A stretch of DNA of 64,000 nt from Octopus vulgaris (Eukaryota), in assembly GCA_951406725.2 (NCBI GenBank), contig OX597820.1, positions 86,924,001 through 86,988,000 of the forward strand, in the 5' to 3' direction. Position 1 is the first letter of the stretch; each line of letters begins with the position of its first letter. Both the position numbers and the translations under genes were made by a program. Below are positions 1 through 10,853 of the stretch, piece after piece. The notes beneath the pieces were generated by a model that did no database searches, was not told the DNA's origin, and saw nothing but the letters and a program-made list of their open reading frames with translations.

Positions 1-330
1 CTATTTCTTTACTACCCACAAGGGGTTAAACACAGAGGGGACAAACAAGGACAGACAAAGGGATTAAGTCGATTACATCAACCCCAGTGCGTAACTGGTA
101 CTTAATTTATCGACCTCAAAAGGATGAAAGGCAAAGTTGACCTCGGCGGAATTTGAACTCAGAACATAGCGGCAGACGAAATACCTATTTCTTTACTACC
201 CACAAGGGGCTAAACACAGAAGGGACAAACAAGGACATTCAAATGGATTAAGTCGATTATATCGACCCCAGTGCATAACTGGTACTTATTTAATCGACCC
301 CGAAAGGATGAAAGGTAAAGTTGACCTCGG
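1..330 (-). mobile_element. tRNA-derived SINE family A, two tandem body units (head absent)
   Basis: Two ~185-bp copies of ctatttctttactacccacaagggg...gtcgattacatcgaccccagtgcgtaactggtac...gaaaggatgaaaggcaaagt; same family as 9513-9743. Confidence 0.85.
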
Positions 331-361
331 TAAAGGATAATAAATAAACATTCAATGGGGT

Positions 362-520
362 GCAGGCATGGCTATGTGGTAAGAAGATTTCTTTCCTCGC
401 CACATAATTCTGGGTTCAGTCTCACTGTGTGGCACCTTGGGCAAGCATCTTCTACTATAGCTTCAGGTTGACCAAAGTTTTGTGAGTGGATTTGGTACAT
501 GGACACTGAAAGAAGCCATT
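362..520 (+). mobile_element. SINE family B (CORE-like), 5' half
   Basis: tRNA-like head (tggctatgtggtaag...gggttcagtctc), caccttgggcaag core-like motif, then (TA)n; matches reverse complement of the copy at 51450-51882. Confidence 0.8.
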
Positions 521-549
521 GTATATATACATATACACACACACACATA

Positions 550-605
<56 letters not shown>

Positions 606-619
606 AAACACTGTATTAT

Positions 620-694
<75 letters not shown>

Positions 695-745
695 TATATA
701 CATATATATATGTATATATATATATATATCAATAATACAGTGTTT

Positions 746-794
<49 letters not shown>

Positions 795-1056
795 ATATAT
801 ATATTATATATTTATATGTATATATATTATATATATATATGTATATATATATATGTATATATATGTATATATATATATGTATATATATGTATATATGTAT
901 ATATATATTATATATGTATATATATGTATATATGTATATATATATATTATATATATATATATTATATATATATGTATATATGTATATATATATGTGTGTT
1001 TATATATATATGTATATATACATACATACATATATATATATGTATATATATATATA
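520..1056. repeat. Complex (TA)n/(TATG)n microsatellite
   Basis: Direct inspection; source of the spurious IY-repeat ORFs. Confidence 0.95.
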
Positions 1057-1475
1057 GAATAAACCTTTACATAAATAAATAACGTGAAATACACGAAGGG
1101 ATGAACATAAAAACAAACGGGTCATTCAAAGCCTTCGTTCTTCAGTCAGAAACCGATTCCTCATCGCAGATTTCGGCTGTTTAATTCTGAGATCCGCTCT
1201 GAATCGGCCAGCCACAGAAGGAAAGAATGCAACGCAACAGAGACGAACATGAAACGAAAAAAACTTTTTGGAGACAGTAACGGTTAAAAACATGGATGAC
1301 ACAGGCGCCCTACGGCTTTGAGACAAAAGGAGACACAAAAACAATATCAGCAAGCGTGGAAAAATAATTAACTTTTCGGTGATGAGACACATGTTGAACA
1401 AGCGGCCGATGGCAACAGAATGGCTGAGGCAGCAAGTCGCAAGAGGGTAAGAGAGAGAAGGGGGTAAGAGAGAGG

Positions 1476-1478
<3 letters not shown>
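1057..1478 (-). mobile_element. Probable PLE 3' end/pLTR remnant within (TA)n
   Basis: Flanked on both sides by (TA)n; layout resembles 39177-39430 (gccgaaatc, ctgaaga..., ccttcgt...aaag.tt end); hammerhead remnant too decayed to fold. Confidence 0.35.
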
Positions 1479-1513
<35 letters not shown>

Positions 1514-1827
1514 GTGTGTGTGATTGTGTATAGAAGAATATATTAATAAAAGTCAAAAATTGTGAAGCATGACTGTCACCACTACTACATGAACCCGAAG
1601 ATTGCAGAATTCAATGCATGAAAGTACTAGTTCAATCAGAATGAACATTTAACATTCTACTATTTCATTTTATTTTATTCAATTATAATATATTATCTTA
1701 TAATATATCATAAGATTGTAAATAAAACATGAAAATCAGACAAGGTTGGAATTCCTTTTATTAATATATATATATATATATATAGTAAAGTTTATTTGCC
1801 AACGTAAAGTAGCAGTCCTTTTTAACC

Positions 1828-2830
1828 CTAGGTCATCCTATAAGTAACGTCAAGGCTTCTATATTATCAATTTGTAAATGCTTGAACAGTATTTTAGAAT
1901 GTCTAATGGCATCAAGTAATATTTATATGTATTTAGACATATTTGAACTAATTAAATTTCATTTTGCATGATAATCAAATTGAAATTTCAATAATTATAG
2001 CTCTTCAAACATGGAAGTGTCTAAGGAGTATTTGAGGTACATAATGCTTTATGAATTTAAAAAAGGGAACTTCGCAGCTGAAGTGGCTTGAAATATTTAC
2101 TCAGCTTATGGAGCAGAGTGTCTGAATGAAAGAACTTTGTAAAATTCAGAAGTGGAGATTTCAACCTTGAAGATGAGGCCTAAACAAGACGTCCAATTGA
2201 ATTTGATGACAAGCTCCTTTTGGCAGAACTTGGAAAAGATCATGCAGTTTCAGTTGAAGAATTGGCAAGCAAGCTTCGTTCAAGTCATACAAATGTTCAT
2301 TGCCATCTTCAACAACTTGGAAAGGTCTCAAAACCCAGAAAATGTGTGCCTCATAGATTTGTCTGAAGCCAACCACAAATTCTGAGTGAACATCTGCTCT
2401 TCTCTTCATTCTCATGAACTCACCTCACCCTTTTTGGACAGACTGGTGATAAAAAAATGGTTTTTTTAATCAAAATGTTAAGTGTTGTAAACATTGGCTT
2501 GATGAAGGGAAAAAGACCTAAACACTACCGAAATGGGAACTTCATGCAAAGAATGTTCTTCACTCTGTTTGGTGGAATTGTAAAGGAGTCATCCACTTTA
2601 AGTTGCTACAATCAATGCTCAAACCTACTGTCAGCAATTAAAGCATTTGAATGCTGCTTTGAAACTGAAAAAGTATTTCCCTAGCGAGATTAAAAGCTTA
2701 CAAGTAGATGGAAAGATGTCATAGATAATCAAGGAAACTATATTGGACAATTAAGTTTTATTAAAATGTAATATTAGATCACTTGTTTACCTTATTTAAA
2801 ATCCAGACATTAGTTATGGGATGACCTGAT
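1828..2830 (+). mobile_element. Decayed, internally deleted mariner transposon
   Basis: TIRs aggtcatcctataagtaacgtc (~1830-1851) / gacattagttatgggatgacct (2806-2827); from ATG 2011 MEVSKEYLRYIMLYEFKKGNFAAEVA*NIYSAYG..LNERT (mariner HTH); stops and frameshifts. Confidence 0.85.
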
Positions 2831-2964
2831 ATATATATACATATAAATATCAGAGGCTACTGGTTTTAAATAGATTTTTGTATGCTAGGCTACTGGTTTT
2901 AAATTGATATTAATTAAATTAATATTCAATTTATCTCCCTCATTATTTAAATGTTATACATATA

Positions 2965-3180
2965 AATATGTGTGTATGTGTGAGTGTGTGTTTGTCCACC
3001 ACTTAACAACCAGTGTTGGTGTATTTATGTTCCCATAACTAATTGGTTTGGCAAAACAGACCAATAAAATAAGTACTAGGCTTAAAAAAAAACAAAGAAA
3101 CTGATTTGATTCATTCTACTAAAAACTTCTTCAAGGTAGTGCCCCAGTATGGCCACAATCTACTGACTGAAACAAACATA
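2965..3180 (+). mobile_element. SINE family B, 3' half (diverged)
   Basis: (TG)n then gtatttatgttcccataact...aataagtactaggctt...gccccagtatggccac...tgactgaaacaa. Confidence 0.7.
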
Positions 3181-3479
3181 TAAAAGATTTTTAAAAAAAA
3201 TTATTCAAAGGTGACCTGTTTTCTATTATTAACATAATAAACTCCATATAATTGTCATTTATTTTCTACTATTCTATTCCACAAAAATGAAAATTTTTGA
3301 GGCTTCAATGAAACAACCATTTATATTCATACCTTATTATTTTGAGATAGCACGCATAACAAAACCTATTCAAACCCACAAAATTAATAACTTCTATAAA
3401 ATGATTACTTTTTGAGAACTGTATTAGCAAACTGAAAAAATATATCATATCACCTTTTTTACTATATTTTTTTTGTGAG

Positions 3480-4085
3480 TTTATTCTGATTGATATAATT
3501 TCGCAAGTTTTTTGATATGAGGGTTCATAGTTATAAGAGATAAATGAAAGTCACCTTCATTTGTAGTTTCTAAGCGATTATGAACTTCAGATGGAAGGAA
3601 AGAAATTCAGCTAAGACCTGATTCAGGCAGGTAAGAAATAGGTAAGGCAATGAATATAATTTTCTTTCAGTTAAAGCAATGAGAATTCCATACTAATTTC
3701 ACACTAGTCATTAGGTTATTAAACCCATGTCTAAGTTTAACCTAAGCAGTTTAATTATTCTGCAATTCATCATGGTTTTCTTGTAGCCTGATATCAACAT
3801 CAGCTGCTACCTAATTTGTAATGTTTATTTTTAAGAGAGCTTTGACCCTTATTTCCCTTATTTCCATATTATTAAGCAATTTCTTCAAGTTCTCTTCTAG
3901 TTCCTTTTCAATTGTGTCAAGGATTGGTAAATGCATAAACTTATGCCTAGTATTTATTCTGAATATATTAAGCTTTCCAAAGAAAGTACTAGTACCCACT
4001 TTGTAAATTAAATGATTTGTATTTCTATTTTGAAGCTGTTTGTCCAGTAAATCTAGGTACTCAAATACATCTAACAGGTAGAATA
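3480..4085 (-). pseudogene. hAT (Charlie/Buster-like) transposase C-terminal relic
   Basis: FYLLDVFEYLDLLDKQLQ..N......F.GKL and FIALPISYLPESGLS...HNRLE...GDFHLSL..MNPHIKKLA (hAT dimerisation-like motif); interrupted by a SINE at ~4090. Confidence 0.7.
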
Positions 4086-4087
4086 TA

Positions 4088-4230
4088 TTACATTTGATTG
4101 CTAGGTTGACTTTGCCTTTCATCCTTTCAGGGCTGATAAAGTAAATACCAGCTGAGCACTGGGGTTGATGTTATTGATTTAGTCTCTCTCCCCACAAAAT
4201 TGCTGGCCTTGTGCTAAAACTTGAAGCTAG
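4088..4230 (+). mobile_element. SINE family A, old 3' fragment
   Basis: gttgactttgcctttcatcctttc...accagctgagcactgggg...tgctggccttgtgc. Confidence 0.75.
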
Positions 4231-4974
4231 TTTATTTAAACACAAATCTTTAAAACCATGTTTTTAGTGCTGTATGTATCCTGTTATCGAATAGGTCCAT
4301 TCTATCTTGGTATGTTGTAAGAGGTGACAAAAAGGGTTGGTGACAGTAAAACACCACCTGAAAAAAAAAATGAAATCAGACATTTGCCAAAATAGAAAAT
4401 GCTAAAGGTGAATAACAATTTCTGAAATTATGGCTTGACTTTATCAGATAGAGGTCTAAGAGTAAAATTTTTCTAAAATTTATGGAAAATGAACCAAATA
4501 TTACAATTTTAATGCATTCAAATCATTTCAGACAGATATGCAATTTCTCAAACCCTCTTGGTTATTATACTTCGAAATATTTCCTTTTTATTCTAGTTTT
4601 ATTTTTAAAGTGAACAATAAGGCTAATAGCTGTGTACATTAATATCCAACTGGATAACGTAATATGATGTTTAGCATTGCTCAGACAGACCATTTTGCCT
4701 CACCTTAGTTTCTCAAAAAGTGTATGCTTCCTTTCTAACATGACAATATAGATTTGATTACAATTTCATGGGTTATGTTTGTTCAATTTTATTTTATATT
4801 ACTTTTGAGTGAATTACAAACATCAATTATATACAAAGACAACCAATAGTTTGTAGCTTCAAAAATTGCCTTTACATACAAGAAATCAAATATCAAAATA
4901 TGGACTTGTTTATGAGCCAGTTAAAGGAGTACCTAAGATATCAAGCAGAACTCTTCATATTAATTTCTTATATT

Positions 4975-5022
<48 letters not shown>

Positions 5023-5139
5023 TTGGAAAAGGATGCGTGGCGTTCGACCATATAATAATATAATAATATATAAATATATGCATATATATACATACATATA
5101 TGTACATACCTACATCTATATGTATATACACATGCATAT

Positions 5140-5510
5140 ATGGGTACAGGGCATCAAAAAAACGTTGAACACAATGAGAAACGAAAACATAAAAACAAAA
5201 ACATGGAAACGAACTTTTTTTCAAACAACGAAAAAACAGAGTACAAGACAAACAACACAAGGAATACACCCCTTCTTCAGTTGTCCCTGTTTCGTCTACT
5301 CCGCTTTTCGAAGGTAAGGACAAGATGCGACTTCGTTGAAACAGTCCTTCTCGCAAAGCAAATTAAATAAAATTTGGGATTTTTTGCGGTGGGGTAAAAG
5401 TGGTAACAAGAACAGGATAGTAGGAACAAAACAAGACAGTAAAAACAATAAAAGTAAAAGCAGTAAAACACAACAAAGAGAATAACACAGTAAAAACAAA
5501 CGATTTTCAT
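5140..5510. mobile_element. Unclassified repeat-like segment next to (TA)n
   Basis: Distinct composition, abuts a TA tract; no coding motif recognised. Confidence 0.25.
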
Positions 5511-7352
5511 ATCCCCTTGTTCTTTTCATTATGTCTTGTCGACCACCACTAAAATTAATGAACTTTGTACATTCAAACAAATTGATATACAGTTTTAATA
5601 TTATTGACTGCAATGAACATTCAAACTTACACTTGTCCTCCTAATTCATAATGCTAAATTTATCTGTTTTGAACATGTTAATTTGTAAACATTGAAACTT
5701 TTATAGATGCTTTTCTAATTCATAGCTTTAAACTTTTACCATTGATAAACAAAAAATATTGTTGAAACTAGATTGGTATATAAATAAATGAATGTACTTC
5801 AAACATTTATGAGCTTTTGAAATTTAGGTACATTTTCAACAACACATTTTCCTATATATATATATATATATATATATATACTGTATTACAGGCTGTGATT
5901 ATTTATATCACTTAAAAAAAAAATCTTTTCACTCGAAAGCCGCCGCTGTGTACGCTTTACCATTTGTAGTACAAATGACGACCAAGTTTTGTACAACGTA
6001 GAAAATACTCCATCAACATTATCCAAACGATGCTGATCTTAAATTTACAAATCACTCGAGGCTAAGCCTCTGTGAAATATGCCTTCTACAAAATTGAGCT
6101 CACTTCACGTAACAATATTGCAACACAACTCACCATTTTTTTTTAATACTTAAATGGTACTATTTTATATAATATTATCCCCGAAGAAATCAAAGAAGAT
6201 CTCATCAGGACAGATTCCTCTAAGAAATACCAGACAAAACTCTGACACTTACATATATTTCCTCAAATAACTCCTTGCACAAATGAGTTATGGTGTTCCA
6301 AAATATTGACTTTAAAAGGACTTTTCTCTAGGCCAATAGTGACCAAAATCTATCTTAGTGATATAAAAGTCTCTAATATATAGTTTTGTTGAATGAAGTT
6401 TATGCAAACATCACTTACCATATTTTAATGTGTATAAGGAACCCTTTTCAGTCAAAAATTAAGTTAAAAAAATATGGAAGTTGTTTTATACATGGATAGT
6501 ATTATAATCCCTTACAAAACCTTTTACCCAAATTTTAAGCCCCCCAAATTAGGGGGTTCCTTATGCACATTAAAATTCGGTATTTAATATTATTTCAAAG
6601 TAAATTTGATTAGCTATTACGTTACTGATCAGGTATATAGTTATTTTACAATGTTATTGAATAACAACTTGTAACAAATCCTGACTATAGTGGTAGCAGA
6701 GAGGGAAACTCAAGAATATAAACCAACATTAATTTTGAACTTTAATATCTTATATATCACTTAAACATTAACAACGAAATCTTATATATATCTTATATAT
6801 CACTTAAACGTTAGCATTACAAATTTTATCGTACTTTATGGCTCAGACTACATGACTACGTTACTTAGTTACTATATGGATTGGAAACTTGCAGTTTGTA
6901 AGCTTTTCACTGAAATGTAGTAAAATTAATTGTATAAACAACCAATCAAAACATCGTTTGGTAGAAAACAGATCTATTTTCTTTCCGTGGCTTGGATAAA
7001 TCTTGAATGATCAGCGTTAGCCATAATATATTATAGCAGAGGACTGGTTAATATGATGCAAGATATTGGTTCCTTACTTCGATATGTTGGAACGTTGATT
7101 GAGAAATAATAAGTTCCAATGTGAATTCATTGTAGATATTGGATATTTCATTCAATTCCTTTATGTATAAATTAAAGCACATTCCTTCAATAGTTTTATT
7201 TAGCAGTATCTATACTAATATAAACGTATATTCACATACAATCTTGAATGGAGGTATATAGAATTGATACTCTTAATACTACCTGGCGTACTTCAGCCTT
7301 TTATATATGGAATTGTGTAAACTATTGCAATTGATCTCAATGAACTCACATT

Positions 7353-7574
7353 TACGAGTGGGTGCTGAAAATTTCCTGGCTTTAAAGGTGTCGCGAAGGT
7401 CCTGGTTGGAGCCCCAACCTTCCGAGTTCTTTTACATGGCTTAGAAAAACTGAAGGACCGCTGAAATAAGTGTGTGAATCTGAGAGAATAATATGTTGAA
7501 TAAAATCATTAATTTACTGATCCTCTTGTATTTCCTTTTACCCAAAGCCAGGAACTTTTCAACACCACCTTGTA
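7353..7574 (+). mobile_element. mariner-derived MITE
   Basis: TA-flanked TIRs cgagtgggtgctgaaaatttcctggcttt / aaagccaggaacttttcaacaccaccttg; retains the mariner C-terminal KDR*NKCVNLR..YVE* codons. Confidence 0.8.
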
Positions 7575-8015
7575 TATGTTCTTTTTTATGAAGTCTGGAA
7601 ACATCGATTTTATGTGATTGTTTCTTTCTTAGCCTGTTCATGTAAATTATGCTTGTGCGAATTTGTCAGTTTTTATTTGAATTACGTAAATTGTGTAATC
7701 ACATCGCAGGAGAGTCATTTAATAACTCACAAAGTTGTAAAATTAACTTTAAATTAAAATTTATTTCATGTGGTACGAATTTTCGTCACAAAACTACAAT
7801 CTGATCATGGAATACAGTTCTTCTATAGCACTTGGAACTGTGTCAGTGACCAGGTCCCAGTTGTGCGATGAAAATTTTGATACCTCATGAAATAAATTTG
7901 AAGTGAATTTAACAACTTCGTGTGTTCTTAAACGATCCTTTCAGAGTGTAGTTTTTTTTTCAGTTTCAAAACATGGTCTCAGGACAAGTCACTTGTTTGC
8001 CAGCAAGTACATCTC

Positions 8016-8063
<48 letters not shown>

Positions 8064-8275
8064 TCGTTCGACTCCATTCTTTCATTTATTTATAGTAAAA
8101 AAACATACAAATTTCCACACGAAAGCACGTGATTTCTGCCCTTGGCATGTAGCTTCAACCTTGGCATGACGTGAATTTGCTACCCGGGTATCGGTTAACC
8201 GAATTATCCATACTAGAATAATTCATTCAACGACTTAAACATTTATATATATATATATATGATGCAAAGGATTTA

Positions 8276-8362
8276 GCGGTACATATGTTTCTGGCTTTAT
8301 TGGACAATTTATATCAATGCATAATTGATGTAACATGTATGTCAATAGCCTTCTTCAGCCGC
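8276..8362 (-). ncRNA. Type I hammerhead ribozyme, long stem II
   Basis: gcgg-CUGAAGA-aggcu...agcca-GAAA-CAUAUG-UA-ccgc; stem I gcgg/ccgc, GUA cleavage triplet. Confidence 0.75.
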
Positions 8363-8675
8363 GTACAATTACCACACCAAAGACATGTATTACGTTATAG
8401 CAGGTTTGAGAAGAAGTTTGGGAAAAAGACGAGTTTCGTTGGGAATGCAAACTTCATTAAAGATTCACCCCCTTCCACTTCTTCCCTCTTTATCTCAACA
8501 TCCAACCTCCTCATTCTTTATCGAGTGAAAAAACGGTATGGACGTTTTGTTTTGGTGTCTCGCTATGCCATATACGACTATGAGGATTTGCATTCCCAAC
8601 GAAACTCGTCTTTTCCCCAAACTTCTTCTCAGACCTGCTATAACGTAATACATGTCTTTGGTGTGGTAATTGTAC

Positions 8676-8762
8676 GCGGCTGAAGAAGGCTATTGACATA
8701 AATGTTACATCAATTATGCATTGATATAAATTGTCCAATAAAACCAGAAACATATGTACCGC
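8676..8762 (+). ncRNA. Type I hammerhead ribozyme, long stem II
   Basis: gcgg CTGAAGA(8680-8686) ... GAAA(8747-8750) CATATG TA ccgc; predicted cleavage after 8758. Confidence 0.7.
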
Positions 8763-8889
8763 TAAATTCTTTGCATCCTGTTTTTCTTTTGATAAATATA
8801 CCCTATCACCTACACCACTAACCGGCATATACAGGTGCTTACAGTTATCAAGTATTCACCCTGAATTTTTATATATATATAAATATATA

Positions 8890-9080
8890 TTAAGATTCTT
8901 TCCCGAGACATTCTAATCACATGTCCGTAGTACCGGAGCTGTAACCGCTCAATACAGAGAAACAGCGGCTCCACTTGGAGAGACTCCCTGATTTCTGAGT
9001 TACGCATTCTGACGTGCAATGTTACTCCAAAAATCTTTCGGAAGAACCCCCATTTCGTCAGTTTGTATTGTTTTGATAAT
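8890..9080 (-). pseudogene. RTE-clade LINE ORF C-terminal fragment
   Basis: RKIFGVTLHVRMRNSEIRESLQVEPL...IERLQLRYYGHVIRM, the typical RTE R.W.GHV.RM motif. Confidence 0.8.
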
Positions 9081-9124
9081 TTCGTTTGTTCCCGACCCAT
9101 TTATTTTAATCCTTATTTTTCATC

Positions 9125-10060
9125 AACAATTTTAATAAATCAGTCAATAATATATTCTTCTTCATTGTTTACGACTTCTTATCAACATTCCAGTCGCTTG
9201 TCAATGCCTTGACGGTTAGAATTCACAGCGTCTTAACTCGAAGGATTTATCGAGCCGCGTTTTCAGTTTCTGCTGTTGATGAATGAAATGCCTCGCAGAC
9301 TGTTGGAAAATGACCAGAAGGTGCTATACCAAGAGAATACGATGGGTACGGTAGCATTTCGCAACCAAACCCATAAATAGCGTTTTCAGTCAAATCAGCG
9401 ATGTGGGAGCGAACATTGTCGTATTGAAGAAGTTCGCCGTGTTGCCAGTCAGATTATTTCAGCTAGATTGCCTATCGAATGAAGGTGACGGATAATGGTA
9501 TCACGGATAATAAGGCGGCGAGCTGGCAGAAACGTTAGCACGCCGGGCGAAATGCTTAGCGGTATTTCGTCTGCGTTACGTTGTGAGTTCAAATTCCGCC
9601 GAGGTCAACTTTGCCTTTCATCCTTTCGGGGTCGATAAATTAAGTACCAGTTATGTACTGGGGTCGATGTAATCGACTTAATACCTATGTCTGTCCTTGT
9701 TTGTCCCCTCTGTGTTTAGCCCCTTGTGGGTAATAAAGAAATAGGATAATGGTATCACGAAACGATCTGGTCTGCTGGGCCAATTCCCGAATGAATTGGC
9801 GCAGACCTTCGTGGATGAGATGGCTCAAACGATCGTCATTAAACTTGACAGGCTGACCGGAATGCAGAGAGTCCGTGAGATCGAATTTCTCTCCCTTGGA
9901 GCGTGTAAAGCCATTTCTGTTCAGTTCTTTCAGTAATAGCGTCTTCTCTGTACACAGCAGAAATGTCGCATATGGCATTAGCAGCTTTGAGAATTTTGAC
10001 TGAAAGCGAAGAGAAGCAGGTGTTAAAAAAGGCACATGCTTTTTCTACTTGGCACTCTAT
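9125..10060 (-). pseudogene. mariner transposase relic interrupted by a SINE
   Basis: FTRSKGEKFDLTDSLHSGQPVKFNDDRLSHLIHEGLRQFIRELAQQ (mariner L.D..RSGRP...RELA linker/HTH); continues past the SINE TSD. Confidence 0.65.
9506..9743 (+). mobile_element. SINE family A, young full-length copy
   Basis: Head ggcggcgagctggcagaaacgttagc, B-box gagttcaaattcc, central gcctttcatcctttcggggtcgataaa (Nin/Meta-like from memory); 16-bp TSD ggataatggtatcacg at 9490-9505 and 9744-9759. Confidence 0.9.
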
Positions 10061-10067
10061 TTAATAC

Positions 10068-10644
10068 TGTAAGGAATATGTGAATATCTCCGCTTGCACT
10101 TTTGGGGTGCAAGTTGGTGCAATCACTTTCCGTTGCTTTTATATCCAGACTCTACCAGTCAAAGAAACACAAAACGCAGACGTAAAAAATAGATATACTT
10201 TATTGTTTTATACCGGTGAGAAATCAGTGGTATATCTGATGTCCTTGGTTCTGGGCGCGCAAGACTGAAAGTTAATCGATTGTAATATTTACAATGTTCA
10301 GCCGCCAAAAACAGAACGGGTCAAAAATGGCGTCCGGGTGAAGAAGATGATTTGACTGCAACAATTCAGGTTAAAAGTCTTCGGCCAAAAGACTGCTGCT
10401 ATCAAAACCGGAGAGAGAGCGAATTAAACGTCTGCTTTGGTGAAATGCCTGCCGCTGTCTGTCTGACACTAATGGTCAACGCTTTACGCTCCCTTGCCTC
10501 TTTGTTAAGGCTCACGCTCCCTTGCTAAGGCCACGTCAGCAAGGCCACGTCAGCTAAGGCCACGTCAGCAAAATTCCCTCTTTCGGACTTCGTGTGTTCG
10601 CGAGAGGGCGTTGCGCGCGCGCGCTGTTGTATAGGATCACTACA
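10068..10644 (-). repeat. 3' LTR
   Basis: tgtaaggaatatg...ggatcactaca; direct repeat of 14930-15506 with 4 substitutions seen by eye. Confidence 0.97.
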
Positions 10645-10659
10645 AAGCTCCCCTCCAGT
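10645..10659 (-). other. Polypurine tract
   Basis: actggaggggagctt immediately upstream of the 3' LTR. Confidence 0.75.
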
Positions 10660-10853
10660 GCCTAAGCACGAACAACAATTCCTTGTAGTGACCATAAAAC
10701 TCAAGGTGGACACCAGATAACCAAAAATAGCACACAATATAATACATTAAACAGCAAAAAAAAAATTCACCTTAAAGGTAAAAAGAGAAAAATACTCAAA
10801 ATGAGCAAAGTTCAATGAGTACTGAACTGTCACTGGGAAGTCAATTGAAAATG

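Larger units (their letters stand above)
8261..8777. mobile_element. ORF-less inverted-repeat element with two hammerhead ribozymes (PLE pLTR/retrozyme-like)
   Basis: 191-bp arms 8261-8451 and 8587-8777 in inverted orientation, 135-bp spacer, left end abuts (TA)n. Confidence 0.85.

Noticed and set aside
372-1094. Many long IY/YI-repeat ORFs (also 32774-33460, 40913-41526, 50190-50744)
   Set aside because: Translations of microsatellites, not genes
1118-1150. CTGAAGA...GAA hammerhead remnant
   Set aside because: Stems II and III and GAAA not recoverable; used only as weak support for a PLE end
5261-5350. GAAAC and CTGAAGA motifs suggesting a hammerhead
   Set aside because: Order and spacing (9 nt between GAAA and CTGAAGA) cannot form stems I and III
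9559-9640. HDV-like ribozyme starting at the SINE-A junction GGTATTT
   Set aside because: The candidate P1 partner (aaattcc) is the B-box T-arm; no convincing P2/P3/P1.1 found by eye
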